A stretch of DNA of 33,577 bases from Octopus sinensis (lineage: Eukaryota). Made by a program: the position numbers and the translations under genes. Each line of letters begins with the position of its first letter. Positions within the stretch are counted from its first letter, which is position 1. The stretch spans positions 1 to 33,577 of the forward strand of contig NW_021831968.1 of assembly GCF_006345805.1 (NCBI RefSeq). Direction: 5' to 3'. Shown in pieces: positions 10,445-20,423 of the stretch. Below the pieces are notes generated by a model. It was not told the DNA's origin. It worked only from the letters and a program-made list of their open reading frames with translations, and did not search any database.

Positions 10445-11880
10445 GAGGTCCATATTGTTACTCCATCGTAAAGCTCATGAAGACCTGGTTCGCAATCTTC
10501 ACACTTGTAAATGGAAACGGAAATATTCCAAGGCGACTGTCTATTTGTGTTTTCTTGTACTTGTACTTGTGGCGACATTCACTCTGGGCGTGTTGAGTCG
10601 GCTTCTTCTACCACCCTCGAGGCATCGAAGAAGTTTCGTGAGAATATGTGGATTTCACAAGAGGTCCCCAACAATCTAGCATGTGGAGACATCCTGTTTG
10701 CCGCAGATTGTCCGCAGACGCAGGGACAGAACGACCAAGGAGCCGCCGGTTGCCGAAACAGACACTCTGAGGATTTTCACCAGAGTCTGCCGGGTTGTGG
10801 CCCTAATACCACTCGGTGTCAGACCAATCCGCCTTGGATGACCCTACCAGGAACCGAAATTCCCGACGGCATAGCTCTGACACTATCCGTTGCCAGCGTT
10901 CCCACCACGGTGAGAAGGGGATGGACTTTGGGGTCGCATTTTTTTTCCGTTTATTGTGGCTCTAAATACATTGTCATTTCTTCTACAGAAGTCTTCTGTC
11001 TATGTCTTAGGGTTTGCAACAGCAAGACGCACTAATTTCTCCCATTTCAGCCATAATTTCAACATGTTGTATGTCTGAAGTATTTACAATGCCGACTAAC
11101 AAGTGGATTTAGTTACATTTTCTGCTGATACAGAGATGGAGTTTAACGATTGAAAATAAGACGATTGTTCCCAAGACCCAAAATCTGCCTCAATCATATC
11201 TCCCCTCTTCCACAAAACAAGTACTAGAAATGCTTAGTTATTGGTATAAATATACCATAGTATATATACCAGAGTAACCAAAGCATGTCACAATAGTTTT
11301 TAAAATGTATGTCGGTTGGAGCTTTCTTCCTACGAGACAATATCCCACAGTGCATTTGCAGTATCCGTACTGATACCAACATCTGGGATGCTTAACTAGT
11401 CTATAAGAGGAAAACCACACCATAGACATTAAAACCTGTGAGGTCCTGAGATTAGTTGCAAATTTCCAAAGAAACAGTGGTGTCTACACACTCTATCTCG
11501 AAACGAAAGAAAGTGGAAAAGGCTTAAATGAGATCAGTCCAGACAGCTTTTGAATGTCGTATGATATCGCTTAGACAGCACTTGCTCAACAATAACAGAG
11601 AAAATAAATAAACCAGCGGCTGAAAATGATGCGAGCAACATTCTGTAGGTCGGTAGTGAAGTCCTCAAGAAGCATCCACTTTTTAGATAATCTCTCATTC
11701 GCACCTAGACGCGCATGGCTAGCACATCTCAACATAAACCTGGAAGAGAAACACTCTGCACATCACGAAAAGTTATGCCTGTGTATGTTTCCTGTAAACT
11801 TGAAAGGGATGACAATATTAACACGAAAGTAACTTCTCTTTGACTCGTGACTACTTCACCACGTTTCATCTCAAAGTATA
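10445..11880 (+). mobile_element. Decayed R4/Dong-like (RLE-type) non-LTR retrotransposon RT region, interrupted by an insertion
   Basis: Motifs in order across frames: LMKTW (10474-88), IFQGDCL (10523-43), FIVALNTLSFLL (10950+), FSADTEMEF, AFAVSVLIPTSGMLN*S, IDIKT, NFQRNSGVYTLYLETKESGKGL (11461-11526; cf. xxHPxSDVDRLYLPRKEGGRGL), AFECRMISLRQHL. Confidence 0.75.
10554..10940 (-). mobile_element. Nested 5'-truncated LINE 3' end (CCHC knuckle, (CAAGTA)n tail); clade uncertain, I/Ingi/Nimb-like
   Basis: Splits RT motif 4 of the host element. Minus strand gives FCPCVCG then, after a frameshift, HMLDC, and ends GTCGCCACAAGTACAAGTACAAG. Confidence 0.5.
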
Positions 11881-11926
11881 TGTCTATATGGATGCATATA
11901 TTATGTCTATATGGATGTATATATTA

Positions 11927-12331
11927 GGCGCAGGAGTGGCTGTGTGGTAAGTAGCTTGTTTACCAACCATATGGTTCTGGGTTCAGTCCCACTGCATGAC
12001 ACCTTGGGCAAAGATTCTTCTACTATAGCCTCGGGCCGACCAAAGCTTTGTGAGTGGATTTGGTAGACGGAAACTGAAAGAAGCCCGTCGTATATATGTA
12101 TATATATATGCGTGTGTGTGTTTGTGTGTCTGTGTTTGTCCCCCTAGCATTGCTTGACAACCGATGCTGGTGTGTTTATGTCCCCGTTACTTAGCGGTTC
12201 GGCAAAAGAGACCGATAGAATAAGTACTGGGCTTACAAAAGAATAAGTCCCGGGGTCGATTTGCTCGATTAAAGGCGGTGCTCCAGCATGGCCGCAGTCA
12301 AATGACTGAAACAAGTAAAAGAGTAAAAGAG
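11927..12331 (+). mobile_element. SINE type A, full length
   Basis: GGCGCAGGAGTGGCTGTGTGG (A box) ...GGTTCAGTCCC (B box), CCTTGGGCAA core, TA/TG spacer, tail GGCGGTGCTCCAGCATGGCCGCAG...GAGTAAAAGAG. Confidence 0.95.
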
Positions 12332-12344
12332 TATACATGTGGGT

Positions 12345-12550
12345 ATTTTTCTCCCACCGTCGCTTGACTACTGGCGTCGGTTTATTTAAGCCTTCGTAAC
12401 TTAGCAGCTCAACAAACGAAAAACGATAGAATAAGTAACATACATGCTAAGAACAAATTACACGAGTCAATCTGTTCGGCTAAGTCCTTCAAAGTGGACT
12501 CCCAACATGGCTGCGGTTCAATGATTAAAACAAGTAAACGACAAACGATA
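12345..12550 (+). mobile_element. Older SINE A 3' half directly behind the full copy
   Basis: CGCTTGAC...GTAACTTAGC...GATAGAATAAGTA...CATGGCTGCGGTTCAATGATTAAAACAAGTAAA. Confidence 0.7.
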
Positions 12551-13267
12551 CAAATAATATATCTAAATCATACATAAAATATTAATTGCTATTATAACAT
12601 TATTATTAATCATGGAGTGATTCTTTGATTCATAGCCGATATGTTTTTGACTTAATAATTAACATAATAATTAACTGCCTGTTGTAATGAAGCATTGAAA
12701 GCGGTTAATTAAAAAAACGAATTTGAAAAAAAAAAAAAATACGAAATATACTCCATTTTATTTTAAACGCGGAAGTATTTTATCTTAATTGCGAATATAT
12801 AACAAACACCCATATGTTATAATATAATTAAGTTAGCTTCATTATCCTTCATATTTTCACATATTAATTTTCTAATGAATCCTTAAAAGCATCAAAGACT
12901 TACAATTTTAAATCTTCCAACGTTATTATAGAATTCTTTCTTATTGATACAACCAAACTCCAAACAGTTAATATTGCCCTGGGGAAGTGAAGTTTTTGGT
13001 ATTCTATCAATGTAGAATCTAAATTATTAAAATTGATTTGCTATAAAGCATTTAGGAATCTTATTTTTATTGCCACTGGTCTTGCATTAATGTGATTTAA
13101 AGTATTGTAATAATCTTCCCGTATTTGTCTCTTATTTCTTTGAGATTGATTCTTGTAAATGCATACAAATTCTCGATATTGAGTTACTTGAGAAAATGAA
13201 TCTATCTTTTTGGAAATTAAAACATTGATTAGAATAATTGTTCGCTTTATAATACACATCTTTCAGA

Positions 13268-13496
13268 ATTGCAGAATCATTAGCGCGCCGGACGAAATGC
13301 TTAGTGGTGTTTCTTCTGGCTCCATGCGTTCTCGGCTCGAATCACACCGAGGGTGACTTTGCCTTTTCTCCTTTCGGGGTCGATAGGATAAAATTGCAGG
13401 TGGAGGTATAGTCAATGTTATCGACTATACCTCCACCCGCAAAATTTCAGGCCTTGTGCCTATAGTAGATAGGATTACTACTACTACTACTACTAC
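13268..13496 (+). mobile_element. SINE type B2 with (CTA)n tail
   Basis: TTAGCGCGCCGGACGAAATGCTTAG...GACTTTGCCTTTTCTCCTTTCGGGGTCGATA...AAATTTCAGGCCTTGTGCCTATAGTAG. Confidence 0.75.
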
Positions 13497-13720
13497 CACC
13501 TCCGCCTTAGTGAAGGTAAAGGTATTGTTTTCAGTCGCATTTGTTTGTTTGTTTGTCCGTGGACAGGATATCTCAAGAACCGCTGGATGGATTCGGATGA
13601 AACTTTCAGAAATGTTTAGCCTCGTGACTAGCACGAACTGATTAGACATTGGGACCGATCCGGCGTCGGACAAGGATTCTGGATTATTTGTTATTTTTAC
13701 TTTACATGATTACAATCTTA
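13497..13720 (+). mobile_element. DINE-1/HINE-like (Helentron-associated) non-autonomous element fragment
   Basis: ACCTCCGCC...GGTATTGTTTTC, then (GTTT)n, then GATATCTCAAGAACCGCTGGATGGATTCGGATGAAACTTT; this order matches known DINE-1-like elements. Confidence 0.6.
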
Positions 13721-14278
13721 CGTTAACTTTCAAGTCTTTCTCAATTATCTCCCTTTAGGTTGTAACTATTTTGAATGGTGAGTTTGTTAACTTTGGCCTG
13801 TATTATATAAGGATAAACTATTTATTACTGTTCACTAAATTTTCTACAGCCACCTTCACATTCCAAGACAAGGATTCTTGATTATTTTCCCGTTTTTTTT
13901 TTTACTTAATTTTTGAGAGCGATCGAGTTCATTTTTAGTATTCTCGTTTGTGAGAGCAGTCGAGTTTATTTCAGATATTCTCATATTAAAAATCATTTCT
14001 GTCAAATCGTTGAGAGGACGTTGGTGTTGTTTTGGCGGAGTCTTGAGCTCTCTGAGTGCTCTTGTTATTATTCCAGTATACTGAATCCCATACACCGCGG
14101 TCAGTGTTAAAGGTGCTACTATCATAGTGTTATCTGGCATACAATGAATATAGGCCGGTAGCGGAAAAAAAACACGAGGCTCTACAGAAGAGAACGAGAA
14201 AGAGAAAGAAAGATTGAAGCAGTTTTTAAGTCTTATCAAAAGAATCAAAGCAATATTGGCTGCTGTGTATATAACAGG

Positions 14279-14383
14279 TTCCTCTGATGAGCGCAGGGTT
14301 ACATAATCGGACTGTTACCTGACACTCCATTGAACCCCTGGTACGAAACCGATTGATAAGAACAGCCGATCAGCCGTAATGAA
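14279..14383 (+). ncRNA. Decayed type I hammerhead with a long stem II (probable Penelope-like pLTR)
   Basis: TTCCT-CTGATGA(14284-90)-GCGCAGGGTT...AACCCCTGGTAC-GAAA(14345-48)-CCGATTG...CAGCCG-TA(14377-78)-ATGAA; all three stems contain mismatches. Confidence 0.5.
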
Positions 14384-14725
14384 TATATAATATTGTACAC
14401 TTAGATTAATATATACTAACATACATCCATCTTCATTGTCATAGATAGGACAGCCTGAAAGACTGGTATCCGCAATGGAGCCAGTTTCCATCGAGCAGAA
14501 CAGACAACAGAATGAGGAAGTAAAATGCAGGAGAAGAAAAGAGCGTCTTGAACATCCCGCACCGCACCGACCACCCTGTGCAAATTCTGACCACGACTCT
14601 TTCACCACCGACTTGGACTCCAAAGTCACATTCGGCAGAAACATCAGCCGAGGAGATTGGATAGAAACTGACGAACCCAATGCTCGGATACGAGCTGGAG
14701 CCGGCTTGTATATATATATACATAT

Positions 14726-14783
<58 letters not shown>

Positions 14784-14785
<2 letters not shown>

Positions 14786-15429
14786 CACATATATTAGAAT
14801 TTTCTCTGACTTCTCAGATTTTTTGTCTGCTAGACTACTGGTTTTAAATTGATATTAAAATTAATATTAATTTATCTCCCTCATTATTTAAATATTGAAA
14901 TAAATACGTTCTCTAGTAGCAAGCACCAACCGCAGTGAATTATTTACTGCAGTTCTTCGCTTCAGGAATTTCTTAGCGCGCCGAAACCAAGACATTTGAA
15001 ATTTTATCCCTAATGTAATCGGTAAAACTAAGCACGTGTCTGTCTTGGCACAGAAAGCTGGGGTTAGTTTTTCAGATTGCATTTACACTGAACGATTGCA
15101 CTGATGAAGCCACGGACATTTGAATTATGTAAGTAATTCTTTTGTTAAAGGCCGAAACCGAGGTATGCAATTAATTCTGTTTTTTATATAAATTTTCATC
15201 TGTCCTGCCCGCCAAATTTGGTTCTGGTGTTCGCTGAATTTTTCCTCTAGAGAACTTTCTTTGTAGTTTGATCGTTGATGATCTATTTCTAGCATACGGC
15301 CGACTACCTAGCAGTCTTGCCCTGCCAATATACACATATATTAGAATTTTCTCTGACTTCTCAGATTTTTTGTATGCTAGACTACTGGTTTTAAATTGAT
15401 ATTAAAATGAATATTAATTTATCTCCCTC

Positions 15430-15434
<5 letters not shown>
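14784..15434 (+). mobile_element. Retrozyme/pLTR-like element: 547-bp unit plus 104-bp terminal direct repeat, containing a hammerhead
   Basis: 14784-14887 and 15331-15434 are 104-bp direct repeats with 2 visible substitutions; (TA)n on both flanks; no coding capacity. Confidence 0.75.
15095..15171 (+). ncRNA. Type I hammerhead ribozyme
   Basis: ATTGCA(15095-100) CTGATGA(15101-07) A GCC...GGC C GAAA(15154-57) CC GA GG TA(15164-65) TGCAAT(15166-71): perfect 6-bp stem I, very short stem III, GUA site. Confidence 0.8.
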
Positions 15435-15528
<94 letters not shown>

Positions 15529-15865
15529 TATATTATGTAGACCGTTATGGTAAATCCCAGCTGTTTCCTCTTGAAACAGATTTGTTTATACCACAATTCC
15601 AATCTTTCTTTTCTTCTTTCACTGGGGCTGGCTGTGCTGTTCCTGTTTCCACTCTAGATATAAATGCTTCGTCCTAACATAAAACTTGTATCTTTTCATT
15701 TCTCTTGTTGAAGAATTTCTAATAGGAAATTCCTTACATGTCTATGTATCATGTAAAAACTTTTGTAATTCCTATAGGAAATGAAACACGTGTAATGGTG
15801 AATACATGATGCCAAAAAATTCCCGTTTCTAGTTGTTATGTGCATTTAAGCACGCGCGTACACGT

Positions 15866-16000
15866 GTTTGACAGGCTTCTTTTAGTTTCCGTCTACTAAA
15901 TCAATTGCAAGGCTTTTGTCGGCCCGAAGCTATAGTAAATGACAACTATCCAAAAGTGCTGCAAAGTGCAACTGAATCCAAAATCCCGTGGCTGCAAAGC
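15866..16000 (-). mobile_element. Old SINE A head/core
   Basis: GACAGGCTTCTTTTAGTTTCCGTCTACTAAATC...GCAAGGCTTTTGTCGGCCCGAAGCTATAGTA. Confidence 0.7.
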
Positions 16001-16172
16001 CTTTTAAAAAATTATTCTAATTATTTCTGTACAAACTGACTTACGGAGTCGTTGTGGTTGTCATTCATGGCTGACTCGTTCTTGTTCTTAAAATACTATT
16101 GTGTTTGTACACTACAGAAAATTTTGGTACAGTAACCAATGTCACTTTGATTCTTTTGATATGACTTTCAGA

Positions 16173-16263
16173 CTCTCTCTCTCTCTCTCTCTCTCCCTTT
16201 CTGTCCCTTTCTATCTCTTTCTCTCTACCTCTATCCATCTATCTAGCTGTCTGTCTACCTGTC

Positions 16264-16300
<37 letters not shown>

Positions 16301-16463
16301 TTCTGTCTCTTTCTATCTCTTTCTCTCTACCGCTATCCATCTATCTAGCTGTCTGTCTACCTGTCTATTTCTCTCTCTCTCTCTCTCTCTCTCTCCCTTT
16401 CTGTCTCTTTCTATCTCTTTCTCTCTACCTCTATCCATCTATCTAGCTGTCTGTCTACCTGTC

Positions 16464-16503
<40 letters not shown>

Positions 16504-16674
16504 CTCCCTTTCTGTCTCTTTCTATCTCTTTCTCTCTACCGCTATCCATCTATCTAGCTGTCTGTCTACCTGTCTATTTCTCTCTCTCTCTCTCTCTCTC
16601 TCCCTTTCTGTCTCTTTCTATCTCTTTCTCTCTACCTCTATCCATCTATCTAGCTGTCTGTCTACCTGTCCTAT

Positions 16675-16713
<39 letters not shown>

Positions 16714-16806
16714 CCTTTCTGTCTCTTTCTATCTCTTTCTCTCTACCTCTATCCATCTATCTAGCTGTCTGTCTACCTGTCTATTTCTCTCTATCTCTCT
16801 CTCTTT
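16173..16806. repeat. Minisatellite, six units of about 100-110 bp: a conserved pyrimidine-rich core plus variable (CT)n
   Basis: Core CCCTTTCTGTCTCTTTCTATCTCTTTCTCTCTACC(T/G)CTATCCATCTATCTAGCTGTCTGTCTACCTGTC recurs six times; explains ORF 16101-16916. Confidence 0.92.
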
Positions 16807-17199
16807 CTATAGCCTTGTATTTTTCTCCGGTACCATACCGTATCCATTGTATATCAGCCTTAATTTTTTTTTTTTTTTATCTATTTACTGATATTTCTGC
16901 CTGCGATAAATCATGAAAAAAAATGGAAATTGGAAATAAGAAAAAATATTTCTTTGAAATTAATATTTGTTTATCGTTTTTAATTTTTTCCGGGTATCCA
17001 TCATTTTTTTCTTCATCTCCTTCTTCAGTAGTCTGCATAGGTGGTCACGCCACTTATATATTCAAGTAATGCTTATTGAGTGTCAAATGTGAGTGCAAGG
17101 CTTGGCTTTCTAATTTCCCTCGGAGACAAGATAAAGAAGTCATCGGTCTTAGATGATGGTTATCCTTTATATTTCAAAGAACCGTATCTCTGTGAATTA

Positions 17200-17588
17200 T
17201 TCCACATCATCGTCCTTATCTTCAGCATCAGCATCATCATCTTCCTCATACTCCTCCTCATACTCCTCCACCTCCTCCTCATCCTCCTCTTCCTCCTCCT
17301 CCTCCTCCTCATCATCATCATCAGCAGCAGCAGCATTACCACCATTATCAGCTGCAGTAATAGCGATGGCGCGGCGGCGATACTTGTAGTAGTAGTAGTA
17401 GTGATGGTGGTGGTGGTGATGGTGGTGATGGTGGTGATGGTGGTGATGGTGGTGATAGTAGTAGTAGTAGTAGTAGTAATAGTAGTAGTAGTAGTAGTAG
17501 TAGTATAATAGTAGTAGTAGTAGTAGTAGTAGTATAGTAGTAGTAATAGTAGTAGTAGTATTGGTGATGGTGGTGATAGTAGTAGTAA

Positions 17589-17621
<33 letters not shown>

Positions 17622-17655
17622 AAATAGTAGTAGTAGTATTGGTGGTGGTGGTGTG

Positions 17656-17687
<32 letters not shown>

Positions 17688-17761
17688 GATGGTGGTGGTG
17701 GTGATGATGGTGATGGTGGTGAGAGTAGTAGTAGTATTGGTGGTGGTGGTGGCAGTAGTAA

Positions 17762-17802
<41 letters not shown>
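17200..17802. repeat. Compound trinucleotide array (CAT/CCT then GTA/GGT)
   Basis: Read directly. Confidence 0.95.
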
Positions 17803-17974
17803 ATTTAGCTACGACTCGTTACGTTTCAGAATACAAAACCATCGGTTATTACCTGTTTACCTGTCATCTTTCTGAAGTTGATATTAGATAAGAACCAATG
17901 AAATTCGAGGGCTTTCATCTGACTTACTGTATCTCTCTTCAACATCAAGGGTTTCTTCTTGGAGTACTTGCTCC

Positions 17975-18128
17975 TGTTCTTAACGTTCTGGGTTCGAATT
18001 CCACCGATGTCAACTTTATCATTCCTCCTTTCAGGGTTGATAAAAATAATGTACCAGTAAAGTACTGAAGTTTATTGTGGCGACTAAAACCATCCTATCA
18101 AACTGCAGGCCTTGTGCCAAAATTAGAA
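17975..18128 (+). mobile_element. Old SINE B2
   Basis: ACGTTCTGGGTTCGAATTCC (B box)...CCTTTCAGGGTTGATAAAA...GTACCAGT...GCAGGCCTTGTGCCAAAATTAGAAA. Confidence 0.7.
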
Positions 18129-18194
18129 ATTATTATTGTTGTTGTTGCTGTTGTTATTATTATTATTATCATTATTATTATTATTATCATTATT

Positions 18195-18342
18195 CCTTCT
18201 TCAAATTTTCTTTCGTTTCTCGCCGAGTGTTTTCCGTACACCTAGGGCAGAGAAGCTCATTGTATGCATTCCCAGATTACACACGCAAATTCACAGGTAA
18301 AATATGTATTTAAAAAATTAATAAATAAATATTCATGAACAG
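18195..18342 (-). mobile_element. 3'-UTR-only remnant of an R4/Dong-like element between (TAA)n tracts
   Basis: Minus strand shares GCCCTAGG...ACTCGGCGAG plus an A-rich/(TAA)n end with the 3' UTR of 18500-18981. Confidence 0.5.
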
Positions 18343-18345
18343 ATG

Positions 18346-18395
<50 letters not shown>

Positions 18396-18418
18396 CATCA
18401 TCATCATCATCATCATCA

Positions 18419-18472
<54 letters not shown>

Positions 18473-18499
18473 CATCATCATTATTATTATTATTATTAT

Positions 18500-18981
18500 T
18501 TACTTTTAATCTGTATGTCTGTTACAAACACTCGCCGAGTCACACCCAGTGTCCTAGGGCGAAAGAAGGATAAGAGATACTACAGTATGACTGAAAGCTT
18601 GGGGATGGGCAGTGGCAAGAGCAGTAGCAAAATATCTTCATGTGCTACAACACAGACATTTAAATTGATAGAGTTTTTCTAAGGATGTCGACACTACTTT
18701 TCAGTGCAGTTTTTTTTATTTCTGTGAGACATGGTTCTCCTGGGATGTTATCTAGATATTTCTGACATCCCTTTCTTATCATATCTAGTGCACCCACAAT
18801 AGCAGAAACAATTCTCGCTTTAAGATGCTACATCTTTTGTATTTCAATTTCCAGGTCTTTCTATTTATTTAATTTGTCAAATTCTTTTGCAGATATATTT
18901 TTATCAGTGGGAACACATATCTATTAGACTGCAAGTGTTTTTTTCCTTTGTCTTTAATAATTATGTCTGGTCGTTCTGTCG
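18500..18981 (-). mobile_element. 5'-truncated R4/Dong-like LINE: restriction-like endonuclease domain, 3' UTR, (TAA)n tail
   Basis: Minus strand RPDIIIKDK...LIDM...PTDKNISAKEFDKLNK*KDLEIEIQKM*HLK...AIVGALDMIRKG...ILRKTLSI* (stop 18660-62); PD...D RLE motif; TAA-type repeats on both sides. Confidence 0.85.
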
Positions 18982-19434
18982 ATTATTATTATTATTGTTG
19001 TTGTTGTTGTTGTTGTTGTTATTATTATTTTTCAATAGTGTTATGTTTATAATGTGCTTTCACTTCACTACCAAGTGCAGCTCTGTGTGCCTTCGTTATG
19101 TGCTGTGGTTTGCTGTAATGCTCTGATGGTTACTGTATTGAAAGTGTTTTACGTAGGATGTATTTTCTGTATTTTATATATATTTGTTAGTCCTGGTGTT
19201 TTTGTTACGTATTTGTCTGAATATTTTTTATCATACTTAATGCGTCCACGATGTTAGGAATTATTATTATTATTGTCATTATTATTATCATTATTATTAT
19301 AAAGGTGAGTCGGTGTAAATTCTACCTTGGCGTCCTATAGGGGTTATAACGTCCTTGGGTAGGCTCTGGGCTTCAATGAGGAACAGCATCTTTCCTGGGG
19401 CACTTTTGGGCCGGGGACTATGGATAACCTCTGC

Positions 19435-20179
19435 TGTTTACAGTAGTGCTTAGTGGGAAGGTGTGTTGCGTGTGATCATCGCATTGATCATGACAGAGTA
19501 AGTTGTTTTGGTGACACCTGCTCAGTGGCCTACACAAAGTTGCGGAAAGTGTATGGAGAGGAGTGTATGAGCCGCATACAGGTATACGAATGTTTCAGAC
19601 GTTTCCAAGGTGACCGAAAAAATGTCGATATTGGCGAACGTTCTGGGAGACCCGCAACCAGCAGAACTGAGAAAAACATCGCAGATGTGCGTCCAGCTGT
19701 GAGGGGAAATCGTCGAATCTTCATCCATTAGCTATTAGAGGATGTACCGATTAGTTACCGTTCAGTTCAATCCATTATCACTGAAGATTTGGGTATGAGA
19801 AGCGTGTCTGCCAATTTTGTGCCAAAACCGCTTTTAGCTGACCAAGAAGACATTCGGGTTTCAGTTGCATAAGATCACTTCGATTGTGTCGAGAATGAAG
19901 AAAAGTTTTTTGAAAACTTGGCGTAGGCTTCTGAGCAGGTATCGCTAAGCTTTTGGCAAAATTTTATGCAGTGTCTTTCTCGTGGTCAATGTGTCGATTA
20001 GATGCTACACTCATTCCTTCTAAGCACTACTGTAAACAACGGAAGTGAACTAGAACGTCAAAACTTAGTGCGCATGCACAACAGAGATCAATATCAATCT
20101 GTGTCGAGCGGCTTCACTCTGCGTGCTTTAGCTTCGTTACTATGGCAGTGGTCCGGATACTTATTAATCAGATCACGTA
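19435..20179. mobile_element. Non-autonomous mariner derivative with two left ends in inverted orientation
   Basis: + strand encodes a transposase N-terminus (YGEECMSRIQVYECFRRF, ERSGRP, IITEDLGMRSVSANFVPK) with stops, ending before the DDD domain. 19918-20177 is an inverted copy of the 5' UTR and first codons ending in a TIR-like GTCCGGATACTTATTAATCAGATCACG followed by TA. Confidence 0.8.
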
Positions 20180-20183
20180 ATAC

Positions 20184-20423
20184 ATATTTCTTTATAATAC
20201 ATATTTCTTTACAAGGGGCTAAACACAGAGGAGACAAACAAGGACAGACAAACGGATTAAGTCGATTACATCGACCCCAATGCGTAACTGGTACTTAATT
20301 TATCGACTTCGAAAAGATGAAAGGCAAAGTCGACCTCGGCGGAATTTGAACTCAGAACGTAGCGGCAGACGAAATACCGGAGAACATCTCTCCTGACATG
20401 CTGTTGTGTCTGCCAGCTCGCCG
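20184..20423 (-). mobile_element. SINE type B
   Basis: ACAAGGGGCTAAACACAGAGG...GTCGATTACATCGACCCC...GGCAAAGTCGACCTCGGCGGAATTTGAACTCAGAACG...TGCCAGCTCGCC. Confidence 0.9.

Noticed and set aside
10480-10509. Minus-strand YKCEDCEPGL resembling a piggyBac cysteine-rich domain
   Set aside because: It overlaps LMKTW of the + strand RT, which fits an ordered series of motifs; no other piggyBac motifs or TTAA termini.
10511-11035. 174-aa Cys-rich ORF as a host gene
   Set aside because: Explained as an R4-like RT motif fused to the antisense of a nested LINE fragment.
12900-13260. AT-rich minus-strand frame 13041-13259 as an exon or transposase remnant
   Set aside because: No recognisable motif, stops in neighbouring frames, and no convincing splice context.
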